Assembly (NCBI RefSeq): GCF_039654945.1
Contig: NW_027361697.1
Span: 2,604,001 to 2,668,000 of the forward strand
Length of the DNA stretch: 64,000 nt
Source: Dendrobates tinctorius
Lineage: Eukaryota
Direction of reading: 5' to 3'
Position numbers and translations under genes: made by a program. Positions 26,690-39,632 of this stretch are shown here, piece by piece (within the stretch, counting starts at the first letter, position 1; each line of letters starts with the position of its first letter). The notes beneath the pieces were generated by a model. It had not been told where the DNA came from. It searched no databases and was given only the letters and a program-made list of their open reading frames with translations.

Positions 26690-26974
26690 CAGTGGGGAAA
26701 ATAAACATTTGAGACACTGTCAATTTTGCAAGTTTTCCCACTTAGAAATAATTGAGAGTAGGGATGAGCGAACCTGCTTGCTGATGCTTGGAGATCACTT
26801 GAGTATCTGGGTGTCTGCATGTGATCGTAACTCGGCGAGCATTGGGTGGTGCTCAGTTTAAAACTCAAAGTCCCACATGTTTGGTACCTGTTGCACATCC
26901 ACAAAGCATGTGGAGATTGCCTGCGCATCACTGTAATACCATAACTGTAAAGCCTCTGTCGTCGGGTGTCCCGA
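26690..26974. mobile_element. Tc1 TIR fragment (from 26690) interrupted by a hAT-like MITE end (from 26759)
   Basis: TA|CAGTGGGGAAAATAAACATTTG; then TAGGGATGAGCGAAC at 26759. Confidence 0.6.
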
Positions 26975-29190
26975 TGTAACAGGCCAGAATATACCCCATG
27001 CCAGACTATGCCCAGGGCTGAAGTGACCTAAGCCAGAGTATACTCCGGCCAAAGTATACCCTGGGTTATACTCTGACCTAGGCCACATTATACCCCCTCC
27101 AGAATATACCCCTCGGGGGGTGTAAAATAGCCTGGGCCAGACTATGCCCGGGGTTAAAGTGGCGTAGTATACTCCTGGTATATTCTGGCCTAGGCCAAAG
27201 TATACCCTGGGTATATACTAGCTTAGGCTAAACTATGCCCCTCCAAGCCCAAATATTGCTGTTTTTCCTGCCGTAGTTGTTCTACAGAATGACTACAAAG
27301 ACAGAAAGTAAGGCTACACTTGCAGTATATGTTGGAGGAGTTGCATTGCACTGACAATAGATGGCTCTGTTCCATCAGTGCATAGTTAATGTTATGTTGA
27401 ATTGTAACTTACCATGTATGTTTCTCTCTGCTCTCTATGATATGCACTCTTTTCTCCAGTGTGAGTTCCTCTTCTATCCTGATAAGATACGAGTTTGCAA
27501 CACCCCCAACACCAAAATAAGTTTTCCAATTTTGACAACCATGGAAGACCAACTGTATAACCAGCTATTGAGATTCTACACTGCAACAGAACAAAAGTAC
27601 CCCCAGTGGATCTGCGATCTTCCTCCAGAGAAACGTGTAAGTGCCAAGTCCCAGTTTAGATAAACATCTAAGCCATATCGAGCAGACGGAGGGATTCTTT
27701 ACCATGGGGAATAGGAGGTTCTCACTAAAAGTCGACTGCCAAATATCCTAAAGGCCTGTCATGACAATCTAATTTCTGGTGGCCATTTTGGCAGAGATAA
27801 AACATTACACAAAATCTCTGACTGTTATTACTGGAAGGAAATGAAGAACAACATTCTTAAACACGTCAAAGCCTGTCAAAAATGTTTTGTCATAAATCCC
27901 AAAACCAGCAAGGAGGCTCCACCACTCAACAGTATGCCAGTGACCGGAAAAGTAAGGAGCTTAGTCGGTATTGGTATGATCGGTCCTCTTCAGGAAACAT
28001 CAAATGGCAACAAATATATAGTCGCTGCCAATGATCATTTCTCCAAGTGAACAGAAGCAACAGCTGTTCCAGACAAGAGTAACAAGTCAGTAGAAAATTT
28101 TTTGTACACCGCTCCTTGCTGCCTTGGCTGTATGGATTCTCTGATTAGCGACCTAGGAACAGAGTTTGTGAGCTCGTTCATTGACAACCTGATGGAACAT
28201 TTTCAAACAGACCACCTTATTTCATCTGCCTACCACCCACAAACAAATGGCCAGCGGGAACGTGACAGTCGAACACTCAAAGAATCTCTTTGTAAGCTTG
28301 TCAAAGACCAAGGAAATAACTGGGACCAGATCATCCCTGGTGTTTTGCTTGCCTATCACACATCAGTGCTTGCCTTATCCAAATGCACTCCATTTGAGGT
28401 CAACCTCGATTCCTCAGAAAATGACACCATGAACCTCATGTCCCTTCCAGATGATGCTAATCATGATGTGCTAAATACACTGACAATCATTCGTAAAAAG
28501 CTCCACTCAACCATCAGTACCAACATCCAGTCTTCTCAGGAACACCAGAAATGTGCATTTGATCACCGACACAATAGCAACAATGAAATGACTGCTGGCA
28601 CCATCATTTATATGAAGAATCAACGTCATATTCATTGCCTGGGTTCAAAGATGGAACCACACTGGGTTGGACCCTACTTAGTTGTGGAATCCTTGACCAA
28701 GGGATGAGTAAAACTTAAGAACAATAAGACTGGCAAGAGATACTGAGCAACACCTATCATGCCATCATCCTTAAGATTTACCAAGATGATGAAACTTCTG
28801 TATCACCCCAGTCCCCTAATGATTGTTCAATTGTCCAAGTGACTCTGTCACACAGAAACGCAAGCAAATCAAGACTTTGAACCCACTACCAAGTTCAGGA
28901 AGGAAGTATCTTTCCACCACACTCTGCCTTAAGCTTGGTAGTGTTGTGTACTATGGAGCCAAAAGAGACATTGGACAACCATGGTGTACATATAAAACCA
29001 AAGGTGATGGGAACTGCTACTTCCCGGCTATCAGCTACACCTTGACAGGAACAGAGGACAATCACTCTCTTCTCAGAGATAATGTCATATGCCACATGAA
29101 AACTGCCTGGACAAAAAAACTACAGGACTATTTGAATAAAAAATAGTGTGAGCCCACCTGCCAATACAAGGCGACCTCATACAGATGGTG
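26975..29190 (+). mobile_element. Ginger1-type DNA transposon (3' end not found)
   Basis: Begins TGTAACAGGCC with repeated GCCA(G/A)A(A/G/C)TAT(A/G)CCC subterminal motifs (26980-27240); integrase without gag/RT/RNase H; C-terminal OTU. Confidence 0.8.
27541..29146 (+). pseudogene. Ginger1/GIN-like integrase-transposase with GPY motif and OTU cysteine-protease domain (multiple stops, frameshift)
   Basis: MEDQLY..KYP..KPY..LY N-terminus; HHCC zinc finger CHDNLISGGHFG..CQKC; core VGI(D>G)MIGP, ISDLG, SAYHPQTNGQRER; WVGPY; KGDGNCYFPAISYTLTG..H..LR (OTU). Confidence 0.88.
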
Positions 29191-29409
29191 CCTAAAACTG
29201 AAGAGACATTCCTCTTTCTTTGAGACTTAGGATAGGTAGGTTCCAGCTTTGTAAGATATTTGCAGGGATTTCTGGTAAGGTGACATATGTACATTTACTA
29301 TTTACAGGCATTAATGTTAGTGATATACTATAGGGAATAAATTGCAATGCTCAGTAGTTCCAAGTCTGTATAATTTCAGTAGGCTGCCTGTTGAGTTCTT
29401 TCATACAGT

Positions 29410-30055
29410 AAAATATTCAGGATTGAGAGTCCTCAGTAGTTGATACCTTTTAATGGCTAACTGAAAAGATGGTAATACATTGCAAGCTTTCGAGACTACT
29501 CAGGTCTCTTCATCAGGCTAGACTAATACAAAATCTGAAGTCACATATTTATGCACAATACAGCCTAGAAAAAATGCAATAGATAAGACAAGTGACGTGA
29601 AGCAGAACTATCAATATGGGAGAGGGAGAAACATAAATATAAACATTGGACCAGTTCATAGATAAGGAGTCTGGATGTTTTATGGTCCTCTGATTGGGGT
29701 CTAGTTCTGTGTTGCCCCGCAAGGTTTTAAAAGGAAATTCCTTAATTGATGTAAAAAGACATAAATCCATGCGACACATTCATTCCAGCACTGAGAGTGT
29801 CAAAGTTCGTCATAAATTTGTACTCCCAAACTCGTCTCTCTCTCTGAGATGTGAAGTTACCTTTCAATACCAGTAATTTCATATCCATGCTGCTGTGATC
29901 AGGGATACAGAAATGTTTTGCCACAGGTAGATCCATTCTTTTTTCTCTTATTGTGTGACGATGAGAATTCATCCTTGTTCTAAGCTTTTGCCCTGTCTCC
30001 CCCACATACAGACCCCCAGTTGGACATTTAGTACAAATAATTAAATAATGTACCG
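29410..30055 (-). mobile_element. Penelope-like retroelement 3' fragment (GIY-YIG endonuclease end plus pLTR)
   Basis: YLIICTKCPTGGLYVGETGQKLRTRMNSH..VAKHF..R..E..F.TL..GMN (ORF 29742-30005 and codons upstream), followed by a hammerhead motif. Confidence 0.9.
29481..29520 (-). ncRNA. Minimal type I hammerhead ribozyme (Penelope-associated)
   Basis: Minus strand UAGC-CUGAUGA-A-GAGAC[CUGAGUA]GUCUC-GAAA-GC-UU-GCA: intact core, 5-bp stem II, palindromic AAGCUU stem III. Confidence 0.8.
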
Positions 30056-30759
30056 TTCATACAGTAAGGCACTTTAACGTGATCTCTCTTATCCTTATTA
30101 TCTTCCCTAGGGAATGCGATACTCTGTATAATGCACAAGCTGTAACACTGATCTTAATACTGAATTAATCCTTTTATTGAAGAGGAAAGATTATAAGTGA
30201 TTATTCGAGAAGAAATGTTCTGCACATTGTATTGCTAATGCTAATTACTATAATAACATGTGCTATGTTTATATCTGCATTTATATGCATGGCAGGTCGG
30301 CTTGCTGGCTCATTTAATATACAGTACATATTGCTGCAGTGGTTAAGTGACTTACCATATGTCCCAAATGTGACATGCTATAGAATGGAAGTAAAATAAT
30401 TTTTCTGTGTGATGCCTTATTCTGTCCTATGTTCTTGTTTGTAACTCTTCATCAAATTTATAATTTCCTGTTACAGTGACCACCAAGAGTCATGTCAAAA
30501 ATATGCTAAATTAATAATGGGCTAGCTTTTTTGAAGAAATTTGACTTTAAAGGGAATGCAAAACCAAAGAAATGAGCCGGAGCATATGTTGGTATTAAGT
30601 GCAATGTGCAAGATCTCGTTCACACTGTGGCCATTTCACAGACAAATTCCAAGATAAAAACAAAATGAGCATATACCCTGTAGTAAGTAAATAAATGAAT
30701 AGTAATAACACATGTAAATAACAAAGGTGTGGCACTGAATCATTTCTCACTTACAAGCC

Positions 30760-31264
30760 ATGAGTCGGGCTAGTCGAGGCGTCCAATGTCAATAGTCAGG
30801 TGGGTGCAGCATAAACAGAGGGAAGAAACAGTATTGAGTAAGGTAATGGTCCAAGATCAAAATACCAGGAGGATAGCAGATCATAGTAAAGGGGTTAAAC
30901 AGACAGATGGTCAGAACAAGGTCCAATATTCAGGCAATGAAAGATCATCAACCAAATTACTAGGCACAGAGAAAACCAATCACAATTAGCTGAAGCTATG
31001 TCTGGCAAAGGTCTTGGACTAACAGCCCAGCTAAGAAACTGGGCAATCACCTGGGACAATGAACACCTGGAGACAGCCAGCACCTCCCAGTCTCAGATTG
31101 GACTGCTGAGCTGTCAATCAAGACACTGACAGCTCAGCATGCCCCTGCGCCAGACTGGACACTGAACTGTAAAACAAAGTACTAACAACTTCAGTACGCC
31201 CCTTTATCAGATTGGATGGCTGACCCATCAGTAACTGCATTCCAGACACAGTGGAATTGTGACA
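30760..31264 (-). mobile_element. Partial LTR (Gypsy-like)
   Basis: Ends ...ATTGTGACA (TGTCAC start on the minus strand); internal repeats (GATTGGA, CTGTCA/TGACAG); other end uncertain. Confidence 0.4.
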
Positions 31265-31437
31265 ATAGGGTACTAACTTAATACTATTTTAATCAAAAAG
31301 CATAAAAGCCAGACGACTGCGTCAAGGTATACCCAGTCTGGATGGTCCTATCCTGTCTTTAGTATTAAAACCTTACCTTATGTCAGCCGCACTCAATGTG
31401 AATACGGGGAGACCAGGACAGGGGACCAACTTTTTAA

Positions 31438-31890
31438 AAGGAATGTCCAGGCAAAAAATAAAGTTCTCCAGGAGCTTGGATCTGTAAAAAAAATAAACTA
31501 TTTGATACTCCCCTACCAGCATACATCTGGATCCAGCACCTACCACTACACGGTCCGCTCTGTCGCAGGAAGAAGACACAACACCCTTCCACCAGCCACA
31601 GGATTGCCATGGCCTATGATTGGCTGCAGCAGTCATCACTTTTTGTTATTACAGTAGGTACTGTTTAATGTCCCCAGAGCACTACAGCCATAATCCTGCC
31701 CTATTTATAGTCAAAGACAACAGCAGTTCTGCAGCTGGTGGGACATTGACGTCTCCCCTTCCTGTGTAAGAAAAACCGCAAAGTGGTCTGTACTGCATCT
31801 AGGTGGGTACCAGTAGATGAGTATCATTTAATTCGTAATTGTTTACAGCACCAAGCATCAGGAGAACTTTCCTTTTTGCTGGGACAAAAT
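31438..31890. mobile_element. Degenerate T2/Kolobok-like MITE
   Basis: TTAA|AAGGAATGTCCAGGCAAAAAA..AAAGTTCTCC inverted against GGAGAACTTT..TTTTTGCTGGGACA. Confidence 0.5.
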
Positions 31891-32342
31891 CTAACAAACC
31901 AGTAGCAACTTCACAATTTTGGATACTGTTTGAGTTTAATCTATTACTCAGGGGCTCAATAAGTTCACACAATATAGCATAGTTATTTTGTAACCCACAC
32001 AGTCCAATCTACCCAGAACTAAAAATGCATACCATCCCTAAACTATGCCTGCTCCTCCAGAAAAATTTATACCAATGAGCCCATTCTAACCTTTTCCTTT
32101 TACATATTCTTATAAAAGTGAGGTGACTAGCTTTTGAAAAAAACACAGTTTTTTATATTGTGTCAGGAGATGTTTATGGTAAATGTATTCATCTTTGACA
32201 CACAGTGGTTCTTATGTGTGGTTGCATCATGTTGAGGGTTTTAATTACATGTCACAAGAAGTACTGAAATTGTATCAGGAGAATGCATCATTAATGTAAA
32301 TTAAATAAAGGTAAGAGTGGACGCAATTGATGAGCGAACATA

Positions 32343-33504
32343 CCGTATATACTCGAGTATAAGAAGACCCGAGTATAAGCCGAGGCACCTAATTTTTCCT
32401 CGAAAAACTGGGAAAACTTATTGACTAGAGTATAAGCCAGGTATGCATTGTCCCCTCATCTCCATCCTGGTATGCACAGCCTTCTCATCCCCATCTTGGT
32501 ATGCACAGCCTTCTCATCCCCATCTTGGTATGCATGGTTCCTCATCCCCATCATGGTGTGCATAGTTCCTCATCCCCATCTTGGTGTGCATGGTTCCTCA
32601 TCCCTATCCTGGTATGCATGGTCTCCTCATCCCTATACTGGTATGCATGGCTCCTCATCCCTATCCTTGTATGCATGTCCCTTTATCCCTATCCTTGTAT
32701 GCATGGTCCCTTCATCCCTATCCTTGTATGCATAGCCCCCTCATCCCTATCCTGGTATGCATGGTCCTCTCATCCCTATCCTTGCATGCATGGTCCCCTC
32801 ATCCCCATTCTGGTATGCATGGTTCCTCATCCCTATCCTGGTATGCATGGCTCCCATCAAAAAAGAATAATAACATTATAAACCATCCTACTTACCTTTC
32901 CTGCTCTGCCTCACAGCATCTGCGTCTTTTTACGGTGCCAGCAGTTGCTTTTTGCTTGTAATTAGCACATAGCAGGGACATCATGCGCTGCTTACAAGCA
33001 TAGCACAACAGCCGGAATACTCACTTCTCTCCACGCAGGGACTACAGTATGTTCGTGGAGGGCAGTGAGTATTCATTGCTATTAAGTAGCGCGCACAGTG
33101 TCACCTGCAGCCACTGTGCGGTCTTTTGTCCCTGCTACTTACGGGAATGAATATTCACCTCTCTCCACACCTATGAGAGTGGAAAGAGGTGAATATTCAT
33201 TTCTCTTAAGTAGCGGGCACCCATGACGGCCCGGCCACTGCTGGAAGTCGGCCACTGCGGCTGACACTGTGCATGCTATTACAGAGAAATTAATATTTAC
33301 TGCCAGCACAGTGAATATTGATTTCTCTTTAGCAGCGGGCACAGGGATTAGCCGCACAGCCGTCTCCTGCCTCTGTGACCCGCTGCTCCACTGCTGTCAC
33401 TTCCCCTCCATCCTCTGGGACAATGACTTGAATGTGAGCCCAGGGGGGCATTTTCAGCTCAAAAAAAGTGCTGAATAACTCGGCTTATACTCGAGTATAT
33501 ACGG
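32343..33504. mobile_element. Non-autonomous Tc1/mariner-pogo (Tigger-like) element
   Basis: Perfect TIR CCGTATATACTCGAGTATAAG with TA TSD on both sides. Confidence 0.9.
32440..32858. repeat. ~29-30 bp minisatellite inside the Tigger-like element
   Basis: Unit CCTCATCCC(C/T)ATCCTGGTATGCATGG(T/C), ~14 copies. Confidence 0.9.
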
Positions 33505-34827
33505 TACCTAAATTGAGAGTTTGTAACTTATATTTCAGGTCATCTCTTTAGGTTTTTATTTCAGGTTTTGGGTGTCCATTAGTCAGGGTTTGGGTCCTGC
33601 TCGGCCCTTATTCACATTTACGTCTTTGGACATATTGTAAGGATTTAATACTACAGTAGAGATTAGGACTGTCCTGAATAGGGTCACCAGGACACGGTGG
33701 GGTGGCTTTTACGTTTTTTTTTAATCAAAATTATGTTAACTAAGTATCTTGGCTTTTTTTCATGCACTGTTGCTATTTATTTAGTTACTGCAGGGTATTT
33801 GCTCACTTTGTTCTTTCCTTAAGTTTTTTGGCCCGTTTTGCTAAACTCATACGAAGCAAATCTCGAAAGATTGCTTTATCGTAAGAAAAATGTAAGCCAC
33901 ACTTAACAGAGACCATAATCTGGTGATATATTGGTAATGATTCTGATTATAGATATGATAGGAATTCACTTTAAATGAATTTTGAATAATACAAACTGTG
34001 GTTCATCTCGTTTAAGCTTGAAAAACAGTAAGCATAAAAATGAAATCTAACCAGAATAATTAGTACAAAGAAATCCTTATTGTGTTATAGAGGCTAAATG
34101 TTTTGTTCATTTCTTCATTTTTTGCCATCCCCCATTGAAACTGACAGCTCAGGTTTCCAAGGCAATACATTTCTGTGTAATTTCCGCATAATGCAGACGC
34201 GGTAAACAAATTGATTGATTGACTGTTAATTAGATAAATCCTACAGCACTACGAGGCCACCGACCCTTAATGACCATTCACCGTTGTTGGTTTCTAGGTT
34301 GCCATGGTCATACAAAATAATAGCTTCCGTTAGAGAATTTCCAATATGACTTCTCGCTACTGTCTACATTTCGCTTCCAAGTCCCCAGTGTGAAATATTT
34401 GATTTTTTTTTTGTTTGATTTTTTGTGCATGTTCGTGTCTTTTTTGATTGCTGCTTTGTATTTTCCTGGCAAGCCTCAGCGCTGTGCTTAATTTCTTACA
34501 ATAATTTAACAACCATACTTTAATTTCTATTTCAGTTAATCTTTTTCTCTGCAGTCTCACTTTTTGTATCTTGTCTGAACTTTACATTTTTCCCTTTGGC
34601 TTTCTTTTTATTAATCTGTTCATTTCCGCTGCTCTGAGTCTAATCTTTTAGGGGTTTTTGTGAAAAGGAGGAAAAAAGAGTGTATTTTTTACTGTACTTT
34701 TGCAATGTATAATTTTCTTTTAGAATGTTTAGATATTTAGATTTCAGCTAGACAAGTTACATGGTACGCTGCTTAAAGGCTACGGTATGTGCACCTTACA
34801 CATTTTTTTTATTGTTCATTTACTTAT

Positions 34828-36690
34828 CCCCTTCCCGACATTATACGGTGCCGTGGGAGCTGCATTACCACAAATCACTGTATATATACGGCACTATGAT
34901 ATAAAATTTGTGGCCAAAAGAACATTTTCGTGGGAAAAAAATGTGATTTTTTTTTATTTTCATTTCTCAACGTTATAAACTTTTGTGAAGCACCCAGGGT
35001 TCAAGGTGCTCACCGCACATCTAGATAAATTTGGTGAGTATTCAAGTTTCCAAAACGGGGTCACTTGTGGGGTTTTCCACTCTTTAGGCACATCAGGGGC
35101 TCTTCAAAAGTGACATAACACCCACAGAACATTCCAACAAAATCTGCATTTCAAAAGGTCACTCCATCCTTTCTGAGCTCTGTTGTGCCCCCAAACAGTA
35201 GTTTCCCCCAACATATGGGGTATATGCGCACTCATAAGAAATTACCCAACAAATTTTGGGGTCCATTTTCTCCTGTCACTCGTGAAAATTAAAAGTTTGT
35301 GGCTAAAAAAAACATTTTATTGGAAAATGGGATTTTTTTTATTTTCACCACTCAACATTATAAACTTCAATGAAGCACTTGGGGGTTCAAGGTACTTATG
35401 ACACATCTGGATAAGTTCCTTGAGGGATCTAGTTTCTAAAATGGGGTCCCTTGTGCACGGTTTTTGCTTTTTAGGCACATCATGGGCTTTCCAAATGCGA
35501 CATGGTGTCTGCTAATGATTTCAGCAAATTTTGCATTTAAAATGTCAAATGGTGCTTCATTCATTTTGAGCCCTGCCATGCTCCCAAACAGTAGTTTTCC
35601 TTCATATATTGGGTATTGTCGTACTCAGGAGAAATTGCACAAAAAATTGTATGGTGCATTTTCTCCTGTTAACCTTGTTAAAACAAAAAATTGGGGCTAA
35701 AAGAACATTTTTGGGTGAAAAATGTGATTTTTTTTATTTTTACAGCTCAACATAAGGTGCTCACCACACATCTAGATAAGTTCCCTGAGGGGTCTAGTTC
35801 CAAAAATAGAGTCAATTGTGGGCAGGTTCCACTCTTTAGTCACATCAGGAGCTCTCCAAATGCGACATGGCGTCCGCTAATGATTCCAGCAAATTTTGCA
35901 TTCAAAAAGTCAAATGGAGGTCCTTCCCTTCTCAGCCCTGCCATGTGCAAAAACAGTATTTTTCCCCCACATACAAGGTATCTGCGTACTCAGGAGAAAT
36001 TGCACAACAAATTGTATAGTGCAATTTCACCTGTTATCCTTGTGAAAATATAAAATGTGGGGCTAAAAAACATTTTTGTGTGAAAAATCTGTTAAACTTC
36101 CGTGAAGCACCTGGAGGTTCATGGTACTCACCACACATCTAGGTAAGTTCCCTGAGGGGTCTAGTTTCCAAACTGGTGTCACTTCTGAGTGGTTTCCACT
36201 GTTTAAGCACATCAGGTGCTCTCCAAACGGGACATGGCTTCCGCTAATTAAAACAGCAAATTTGACATTTTAAAAGTAATTTGGCAATCCTTCCCTTCCG
36301 AGCCTTGCTGTATGCCAAAACAGTAGTTTTCCCCCACATATTGGGTATCAGCATGCTCACGAAAAATTGCACAACAAATTTTGGGGTCCATTTTCTCCTG
36401 TTACCCTCATAAAAGTGAAAAATTTCTGTCTAAAGTAATTTTTTGTGAAAAAAAGATAAATGTTCATTTTTTTCTTCCACATTCCATTAATTCTTGTTAA
36501 GCACCTTAAGGGTCAATTCAAATGTAAGGTGATCCCTAAAAAAAAAGCTTTTCAAATTTTGTTGGAAAAAAACAGAAATCGCTGGTCAACTTTTTAACCC
36601 TTATAACTTCTAATTTAAGGTCATAAAAAATTAAAACTTTGAAAATGGCAAAATTTTCCAAATTTCCAATATTTTCACAAATAAAAGCAA
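34828..36690. mobile_element. piggyBac-like non-autonomous element with internal ~365-390 bp tandem repeats (right end lost)
   Basis: Starts TTAT|CCCCTTCCCGAC (degenerate TTAA|CCCCTT); CATCT(A/G)G(A/G)TAA anchors at ~35018, 35404, 35769, 36136; 3' part matches ~1650-1930. Confidence 0.75.
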
Positions 36691-36697
36691 GTCATAG

Positions 36698-36960
36698 ACA
36701 TTAGCCCCCAAACTGTATAATTCCCCTCACATTAGCCCCTAAATTGTATAATGCCCCCTGCATTATCTTCCATGCTATATAATGACCTCAGCATTAGCTC
36801 CCAAACTGTATAATTGCCCCACATTAGCTCCTACACTGTATATTGGGCTCCACATTAGCTCCTATACTGTATAATGGGCCCCACACTTTATAAGGACCCC
36901 CAGTAGTCCCTATAATGTTTGAGGGCCCAGTGTTTACGGGTCCTCCATAGTTTATGATGC
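36698..36960. repeat. ~30 bp minisatellite
   Basis: Unit ~CATTAGC(C/T)CC(C/T)AAACTGTATAATGCCCC. Confidence 0.75.
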
Positions 36961-37089
36961 CCCTCACAGGTTTGAATTATAATAAAAAAAATCACATACT
37001 CACTTAATCCAGGATCCTGACGACTCCAAAGGGAAGGCTCGGGCAAATCAATGCACTGTCATATCGCCGACACACGCTGTGTATTGTGC

Positions 37090-37510
37090 AATGTCAGTGT
37101 CTGACTGTGCTGGAACATGGTCTGATCATACCACAGCTCCTGGGCAGGGGGGAAGCAAAAGAAAGAATACAGACATTACAACACTGGATCACAGCTGATT
37201 CTTTTTGTGATATAAAGCATTTCCTTGCCTGTTTTTAAAACCTGTTTTACTTCAACGAAATAATTATTTGTGATCCTGTGCCGTAAATTCTGTATACTTT
37301 CTTTTCTGTCCTCCCCTGCCCAGGAGCTGTGGTATGATAAGACCATGTCCCTGTATGGTCGGACACGACCATTACACAGTACACAGCAGCAACACATTTC
37401 TAAGATTATCTCAGCACAGGAACATTTAATTTAAACACATCCAATTGTTGAAATTATTATTATTCCAAGATCTATTGATTAAAATGAACTTTGTTCAATG
37501 GGACAAACCT
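37090..37510. mobile_element. T2/Kolobok-like MITE fragment with internal hairpin
   Basis: CATGGTCTGATCATACCACAGCTCCTGGGCAGGGG inverted at ~37312-37347; ends TGGGACAAACCT|TTAA. Confidence 0.55.
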
Positions 37511-38353
37511 TTAAGTGCCACATCATCATTTGCCCAGGATTTGTGTGTTTTTCAGTCCTTTCCCGAGAGGAGAATTAAGTGAGCTAGTTCTACTAAATAC
37601 AATAGAGTTGGGATTATGTGTTAAATTTTTCTCTTAAAAAAAAATACGGTGCTATAAATGTGACTTTTTTCAGATTTAGTGAAATTTTTTTGCTGGCTTT
37701 GCAATGAGAAATTATGTAATAAAAAAAATCACTCCTAATGTGTTTATATATAGAAGTATTGGGCGCATGAAAAAGTTGGGTGTTATAGGTATGTTAATGT
37801 ACTTAAATTGCTTTAGCAATATTATGTATCAATAGCAATATACATAATAAAAGAAATCGCTGAATATAGAAGGCAGACTTGTTCCCATGGCAATATAATC
37901 TTGAAGCTGGTTCTCTTAGCATGCTCTATAATATTGGCATACAATAAAGCTTGGGGTTAGACATTTTTTTAATCAGAAGCTTAAGCATTACATTCCTGGC
38001 ATTATAGCTATTGTAGAAAAAAAAGGTCCCAACAAAATAGTTGGAAAATATGTTGAATATTTACAGTATATAATTAATTGTGATTGACTGACAATTTGGC
38101 TTAGTCATGCAATAAGCATCATGAAACAGGAACCAAGAGTCAGTATATTTAAGGATTACTAATTACTACTCTGGAGTAAAACTGGAATTATGATTGCAAT
38201 GTGCCAATAAATGGTGGGTCTCTCCCTCCATGCTTGCATAGAGGGAGACCTATCAGTCATTGTAGCAGGTGGGAAGAAGCAGGCAGGGACCCTTTCTCTC
38301 GACTAGTTAACCATGCGGCTGGATCCTAGGTAGTTTTTAAAGAGTCAAACATA

Positions 38354-38791
38354 GGCCGGTTTCACATTTGTGCATGGAGGAGCAGCGGAAGGCTGCGGAC
38401 TTCCTCCATTAAGCTCCGCCCACGGCCACACCGCCTCCGGTCAGCTCTGCCTCCGGCGGCATGCGGCCTGTGTACCCTATCTTTAGCATTAGGTATGCAG
38501 GCCATGCCGATGTATGTGGATACCTCCGCATGTGTCGTTTTGATGGTGCGGCGACCGCAACAAAATGCAACACGCTGTGTTCGGCGCAGGTCACCGCACC
38601 GTCAAAACGACACATGCGGAGGCATCCGCATACATCTGCATGGCCTGCATACCTAATGCTAAAGATAGGGTACACAGGCCGCATGCCAATGGAGGCGGAG
38701 CTGACTGGAGGAGGGGCAGACATGGGCGGAGCTTCATGGAGGAAGTCCGCAGCCCTCTGCAGCTCCTCTATATGCAAATGTGAAACCGGCC
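38354..38791. mobile_element. PIF/Harbinger-type MITE, near-perfect 438-bp palindrome
   Basis: TIR GGCCGGTTTCACATTTG perfect; 3-bp TSD ATA/ATA; whole element self-complementary (mirror ORFs on both strands). Confidence 0.9.
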
Positions 38792-39200
38792 ATACATGGC
38801 TTAAATCATACAGCCAGTGTATGATACATGCTGATAAATCCAGTTAGCTGTCAAGTTTTCTTTAAGGTGTATCTCAAAGGGATTTTCTAGTTTCAGGATA
38901 CCCCTATCCCCAGGAACGGGTTTAAAAAAAAAAAATAAAAAAAAAACTGCCTTACTCACAAAAAACCATGCTTAGATCTAGCAGAGAGTCTTCACTATTT
39001 CTCCCTGTTTGTTATTGTCTGTAGGACTGATATCAGGTCGACAGTAATGCAGCCAACCTGTGAGCTCAGTAGGTCGGAATGTCTTGTGCCTTCAAATTTG
39101 CAGATTTTACCTGGAAATTCGATTTGCAGCAAATATATTCACTGAGAGTTCTGTATTATGCTCTGTGGTCTGGAGAGACCCTAGAGAATAATAAATGTTA

Positions 39201-39632
39201 GGCTGGTTTCACACTTGCATTGGGCAGAGCTGCGGAGAGCTGCGTACTTCCTCCGTTAAGCCCTGCCCACTGCCGCACCTCTTCCATTCAGCTCTGCCTA
39301 CGTCTGCCTGTGTCCTGCGTACCTATCTTTAATATTGGGTACACAGGCCATGCTAATGTATGTGGATGCCTCCACTTGCGTCGCTTTGACGCTGCGCCGA
39401 ACTGCGTCGAACGCAACATGTTGCATTTTGTTGTGGTTGGCGCGTCAAAATGACGCAAGCGGAGGCATCCACTTACATCCACATGGCCTGCGTACCCAGT
39501 GTTAAAGATAGGTACGCAGGACGCAGGCAGACGTAGGCGAACTGAATGGAAGAGGTGCAGCAGTGGGTGGGGCATAACGGAGGAAGTACGCAGCCCTCTG
39601 CAGCTCCGCCCAACGCAAGTGTGTAATCAGCC
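39201..39632. mobile_element. PIF/Harbinger-type palindromic MITE, related to 38354-38791
   Basis: TIR GGCTGGTTTCACACTTGC / (rc) GGCTGATTACACACTTGC; flanks TTA/TAA; shared CCTATCTTTA..GGCCATG core. Confidence 0.88.

Noticed and set aside
27541-29146. Gypsy LTR retrotransposon pol fragment or host GIN1
   Set aside because: Has its own start codon, no RT/RNase H or LTR, a terminal repeat structure and an OTU domain; multiple stops exclude a functional host gene
38409-38847. Mirror-image ORFs on both strands
   Set aside because: A consequence of the palindromic MITE, not coding
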